Source: Macrostomum lignano
Taxonomy: Eukaryota
Reading direction: 5' to 3'
Length of the DNA stretch: 64,000 nucleotides
NCBI GenBank assembly: GCA_002269645.1
Contig: NIVC01000139.1
Location: forward strand, 124,001-188,000
The translations under genes were made by a program, and so were the position numbers. Below the pieces are notes generated by a model. It saw nothing but the letters and a program-made list of their open reading frames with translations. It did not search any database and was not told the DNA's origin. Below are positions 60,085 through 64,000 of the stretch, piece after piece; positions within the stretch are counted from its first letter, which is position 1; the number at the start of each line of letters is the position of its first letter.

Positions 60085-63000
60085 ATGACTAGTGCTAGCA
60101 TGTTTCTTATTCGTGCCTTGCAAAAGATTCTCAGTGAGAAGGAGATTCGACGCAGTCACAATAGCAAGCTGAGAGAACTATGCGAAAGTACTCTGAAGGA
60201 GCTTAAAGGACGAGAACAGGAAGACAACAGTCCTTCCCAAAACTCTGTTTTACCACCTCTAAAGTCTGATTCAAATCTTCTCGAGAACGAAAAGTATCTA
60301 TTACCATTTGAGCAAGCGTGTCATTCAAAATCGGCTCAGATTGTCATTACTTCATTAGACTGCCTGCAAAAGCTGATTGCCTATGGGCACATTCCAAACA
60401 AAACAGTCGCTGACGGTAGTGGAAAAAAACTTATAGAACAAATCACTGAACTAATCACATCATGTTTTCATGGGCCAGAAACTGATGAAGGTGTTCAGCT
60501 TCAAGTCATTAAGGTCCTGCTGACCGTAATGACAGCCCAGGATGTCGAAGTGCACGAAGGATATGTTCTAAAAATTGTGCGCACTTGCTGCAATATCTAT
60601 CTAGTAAGTAAAAGCAGCATCAACCAAGCAACTGCAAAGGCCACTTTAACGCAAATTCTGAACGACATTTTTTCTCGTATGGAGAACAAGATAATTGAAG
60701 CCTCTACAGTAATCGAAGAGGAAGCCGACATATCTAAAGACGAAAAACCTAATGCTCCTGAGGAAGGTAACCTAGGGGTTTGTGATGATGCTTCAGCATA
60801 TTGTGCTGATGATAAGCAGGCTACCGCAACAATTATTCGAGGAATTCTCGACGAGATAATTGACAAAACCGAAGCATCTGTTCACAATGGCGAACCTAAA
60901 GTATCGGCCGAAGATTCGGAGAAAGAGTCGATATCAGCCAGTCTGCCAGACGATGATGGAAGCGCAAAAGGCAACCTTGAAAGGGTTCCATCTCGTTCAG
61001 AATCAAGTTTGCCGACAGAGCTAAAGGATGGCGTCGAAGACATGTCAAGTTTGTCTTACTCTCATGTTTCACAAAAAGACGCCTTCTTGGTGTTTCGAAG
61101 TCTCTGCAAGCTATCAATGAAGCCACTTCCTGAAGGTCACCCGGACCCGAAATCCCACGAATTGCGATCAAAAATCTTAGCTCTCGAATTGCTCCTAAGC
61201 ATTCTTCAAAATCCGGGACCAGTTTTCAAGACGAATGAAACATTCATCAATGCCATTAAACAGTATCTCTGCGTGGCTCTATCTAGAAACGGTGTTTCAT
61301 CCGTCCAGGAAGTCTTTGAACTGTCCTGTGCAATTTTTCTTTCTTTGCTATCGCACTTCAAGCAGCATCTAAAGCCACAAATTGAGGTATTTTTTAAGGA
61401 TATTTTTCTGTATATCCTAGAGAATCCAAGTAGCTCGTTTGGTCATAAGTGGATTATTATCCAAATTATGACAAGGATCTGTTCGGATGCTCAGTGCGTT
61501 GTTGATTTGTACCTTAACTATGACTGCGAGATGAACTCCGCGAATATTTTTGAACGCTTAGTAAAGGACTTGGCTAAAGCTGCCCAAGGAACCCACGCAA
61601 AGGAGCTTGGCTGCACGCCAATGCAAGAGAAGCAGATGCGAACAAAGTCTTTAGAGTGTTTGGTGTCTATTCTCAAGTGCATGATGGAATGGAGCCGTGA
61701 CCTCTATCACAATCCGCACAACCACAGTAATTTAAACGTTGTTGAGTACCACAAATCTGAGCTATCGACAACAATAACGGATCAGAAGACGCCAGGTAGT
61801 CTGGATCCTGATTCGCGTGAGAGCTCTAATTCTTTGTCTTCTCTACCTGGAGCTTCAGGAAATCCGTCTGTCCCAAACGAGTCAGTTGACCACTTCGAGG
61901 TCCGAAAACAGCAAAAAGAAATGGTAGAGGCGGGAATCGGCCTTTTCAACAAGAAGCCATTAAAGGGAATCAAGTACTTGCAAGAAAACAAGCTGCTTGG
62001 CCCTACAATCGAAGATGTTGCGGATTTTTTGCGCTCTGAAGAGCGACTTGACCAGGCCGTTCTTGGGGACTTCCTTAGTGACAATGATGACTATAGCAGG
62101 CAGGTGATGTATGCATACGTTGATCAGCAGAATTTTGAGAACATGGACTTTGTGTCTGCCCTTCGAAAGTTTCTCGAGTCTTTCAGACTCCCGGGCGAGG
62201 CACAGAAGATTGATCGTTTAGTTGAGAAATTTGCATCTCGTTACTTCGAGTGTAATCAGAATAACACGATTTTTTCCAGTGCTGATGCCGCTTACGTATT
62301 GGCCTACTCAATAATCATGCTTACGACCGACCTACACAGCTCGCAGATAAAAGCGCATAATAAAATGTCTAAGGAGAGTTACATCAAGATGAATCGCGGT
62401 ATCAACGACACACGAGACTTACCCGAAGAATATCTGAGCAAGATATACGATGAAATTCGTGGCAAAGAGATCAAAATGAAGACAACATCGGCTTCAACTC
62501 GACCTAAGTCCAAAGGAACAACTCCAGTTCCAACGTCTGAGAAGCAGCGAAAGATTATCTTCCACATGGAAATGGAGCAAATGGCCAAAGCCGCCAAAGA
62601 GCTAATGGAAAATGTCAGTCATCTGCCTTCTGATTTTACTAGTGCAACGAATGTCGAACTCACCAGACCAATGTTCAAAGTTGTTTGGACTCCATTCCTG
62701 GCTGCTTTTAGCGTGGGCTTGCAAGACACCGATGATCACGACATTTCTACACTATGTCTTGAAGGAATTAGAAGTGCTATCCGAATCGCATGTATCTTTT
62801 ACATGGAACTAGAACGGGATGCCTATGTTCAAGCGCTCTCTCGATTCACGTTTTTGACGGCTAACAGCATAACAGAGATGAAAGCAAAGAATATTGATAC
62901 GATTAAAACTTTAATCACTGTTGCTAACACAGATGGAAATTACCTTGGACGATCGTGGCTTGAGATTCTTCGCTGCATAAGCACACTTGAACTTGCACAG

Positions 63001-64000
63001 CTGATCGGAAGTGGAGTCAAGTCTCAATTTATCACAGGATCATCTGTTGCAAGCCATGCATCTGGCTCTTCAGCAACTCTTAAAGATAACCTCAGTAGCA
63101 GCATTGACCCAGAGGCATTTCGAGACCACAAGAAGATCCAGTTGCTACAAGAGCAAATTGGTGAGACTAGTTCGCAGAGTGTAGTAGTTGCAGTGGACAG
63201 AATATTTACAGGCTCTACTCGACTAAATGGTGAATCGATTGTGCATTTTGTCGATGCCCTTTGCAAAGTATCACGAGACGAGTTGGTTTCCAACCATCCA
63301 CGAATGTTTAGCCTGCAAAAAATCGTCGAGATTTCTTACTACAACATGGGTCGCATTCGCTTGCAGTGGTCACGAATTTGGGAGGTTCTTGGCAAGCATT
63401 TTAACGAAGCCGGGTGTAACTCTAACGAAGACATTGCCGTCTTTGCTGTTGACTCCCTTCGCCAATTGTCTACGAAGTTCTTGGAGAAGGGCGAGCTGCC
63501 AAATTTTCGGTTTCAAAAAGACTTCATGAAGCCGTTTGAAATTATCATGAAGAAAAATACATCGAAGAACATTCGAGACATGGTTGTGCAGTGCGTTGCT
63601 CAAATGGTTAATTCTCAGTATTTTAACATCAAATCTGGATGGAAAAATGTATTCTCTGTGTTCTTTCTGGCAGCGAGTGACCAAGAGGAAGGAATTGTGG
63701 ACCTAGCTTTCCAGACTACTGTCCGAATAATTACCGAGATCATGGAGAAGCAGTTTTCTTCTGTGCTAGATTCCTTTCAAGATGCAGTGAAGACTCTCTC
63801 TGAGTTTGCTTGTAACGTGAAATTTCCTGATACTAGCATGGAAGCAATTCGTTATATTCGAGTCTGTGCGAGGTATGTTGCAGAAAAGGGGATGATTTTT
63901 CGTGACCATCAGGGGGACACTGATGTCCAGGTACAAGAGGATGACCGTGTTTGGGTGCGTGGATGGTTTCCAATACTATTTGAACTTACGTGCGTTATCA
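60085..64000 (+). CDS. ARFGEF1: Brefeldin A-inhibited Arf GEF (BIG1/BIG2 family, Sec7 domain); runs off the window end
   Basis: [24 protein letters not shown] (DCB); [27 protein letters not shown] (HUS); [39 protein letters not shown] (Sec7 with catalytic Glu); [13 protein letters not shown]. Frame continuous where checked, no intron seen in 3.9 kb. Paralog number (1 vs 2) not assignable. Confidence 0.96.
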   Translation, partial: MTSASMFLIRALQKILSEKEIRRSHNSKLRELCESTLKELKGREQEDNSPSQNSVLPPLKSDSNLLENEKYLLPFEQACHSKSAQIVITSLDCLQKLIAYGHIPNKTVADGSGKKLIEQITELITSCFHGPETDEGVQLQVIKVLLTVMTAQDVEVHEGYVLKIVRTCCNIYLVSKSSINQATAKATLTQILNDIFSRMENKIIEASTVIEEEADISKDEKPNAPEEGNLGVCDDASAYCADDKQATATIIRGILDEIIDKTEASVHNGEPKVSAEDSEKESISASLPDDDGSAKGNLERVPSRSESSLPTELKDGVEDMSSLSYSHVSQKDAFLVFRSLCKLSMKPLPEGHPDPKSHELRSKILALELLLSILQNPGPVFKTNETFINAIKQYLCVALSRNGVSSVQEVFELSCAIFLSLLSHFKQHLKPQIEVFFKDIFLYILENPSSSFGHKWIIIQIMTRICSDAQCVVDLYLNYDCEMNSANIFERLVKDLAKAAQGTHAKELGCTPMQEKQMRTKSLECLVSILKCMMEWSRDLYHNPHNHSNLNVVEYHKSELSTTITDQKTPGSLDPDSRESSNSLSSLPGASGNPSVPNESVDHFEVRKQQKEMVEAGIGLFNKKPLKGIKYLQENKLLGPTIEDVADFLRSEERLDQAVLGDFLSDNDDYSRQVMYAYVDQQNFENMDFVSALRKFLESFRLPGEAQKIDRLVEKFASRYFECNQNNTIFSSADAAYVLAYSIIMLTTDLHSSQIKAHNKMSKESYIKMNRGINDTRDLPEEYLSKIYDEIRGKEIKMKTTSASTRPKSKGTTPVPTSEKQRKIIFHMEMEQMAKAAKELMENVSHLPSDFTSATNVELTRPMFKVVWTPFLAAFSVGLQDTDDHDISTLCLEGIRSAIRIACIFYMELERDAYVQALSRFTFLTANSITEMKAKNIDTIKTLITVANTDGNYLGRSWLEILRCISTLELAQLIGSGVKSQFITGSSVASHASGSSATLKDNLSSSIDPEAFRDHKKIQLLQEQIGETSSQSVVVAVDRIFTGSTRLNGESIVHFVDALCKVSRDELVSNHPRMFSLQKIVEISYYNMGRIRLQWSRIWEVLGKHFNEAGCNSNEDIAVFAVDSLRQLSTKFLEKGELPNFRFQKDFMKPFEIIMKKNTSKNIRDMVVQCVAQMVNSQYFNIKSGWKNVFSVFFLAASDQEEGIVDLAFQTTVRIITEIMEKQFSSVLDSFQDAVKTLSEFACNVKFPDTSMEAIRYIRVCARYVAEKGMIFRDHQGDTDVQVQEDDRVWVRGWFPILFELTCVI

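Noticed and set aside
60597-63684. Short ORFs listed in the track over 60.6-63.7 kb
   Set aside because: Antisense or off-frame shadows of the ARFGEF CDS, which the track omits because it has no stop in the window.

Overview
Eukaryotic (metazoan) genomic DNA, not prokaryotic. Innexin, short GT-AG introns and the TE repertoire suggest an invertebrate, possibly a free-living flatworm such as Macrostomum (inference only). Three host genes: a two-exon innexin (7636-23653, +) whose ~14.9 kb intron is full of retroelements; a multi-exon minus-strand gene (~29.6-36.7 kb) with six P[WFY]G[KR]PGxGAP-type repeats (CSPP1/CCDC66-like); and an intron-free ARFGEF/BIG-type Sec7 gene from 60085 past the window end. 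The rest is mostly mobile DNA: an intact-ORF Penelope element with a hammerhead ribozyme, a second orphan hammerhead, two P-superfamily (THAP) elements, a very young Ty3/Gypsy element (LTRs appear identical, 4-bp TSD, -1 slippery site, 14x24-bp internal repeat), two decayed Gypsy elements, rearranged RNase H-bearing LINEs with a degenerate 2A peptide, a MULE-like element holding nested mariner and RTE insertions, and MITEs. The window opens with a decayed compact USP deubiquitinase domain next to a 161-bp structured tandem repeat. I found no CRISPR array, rRNA or tRNA. No single new system is proven. The best leads are the ribozymes, the three-frame Gypsy, the USP/tandem-repeat/hairpin unit, and the P-element hairpin and SAP-gene truncation.
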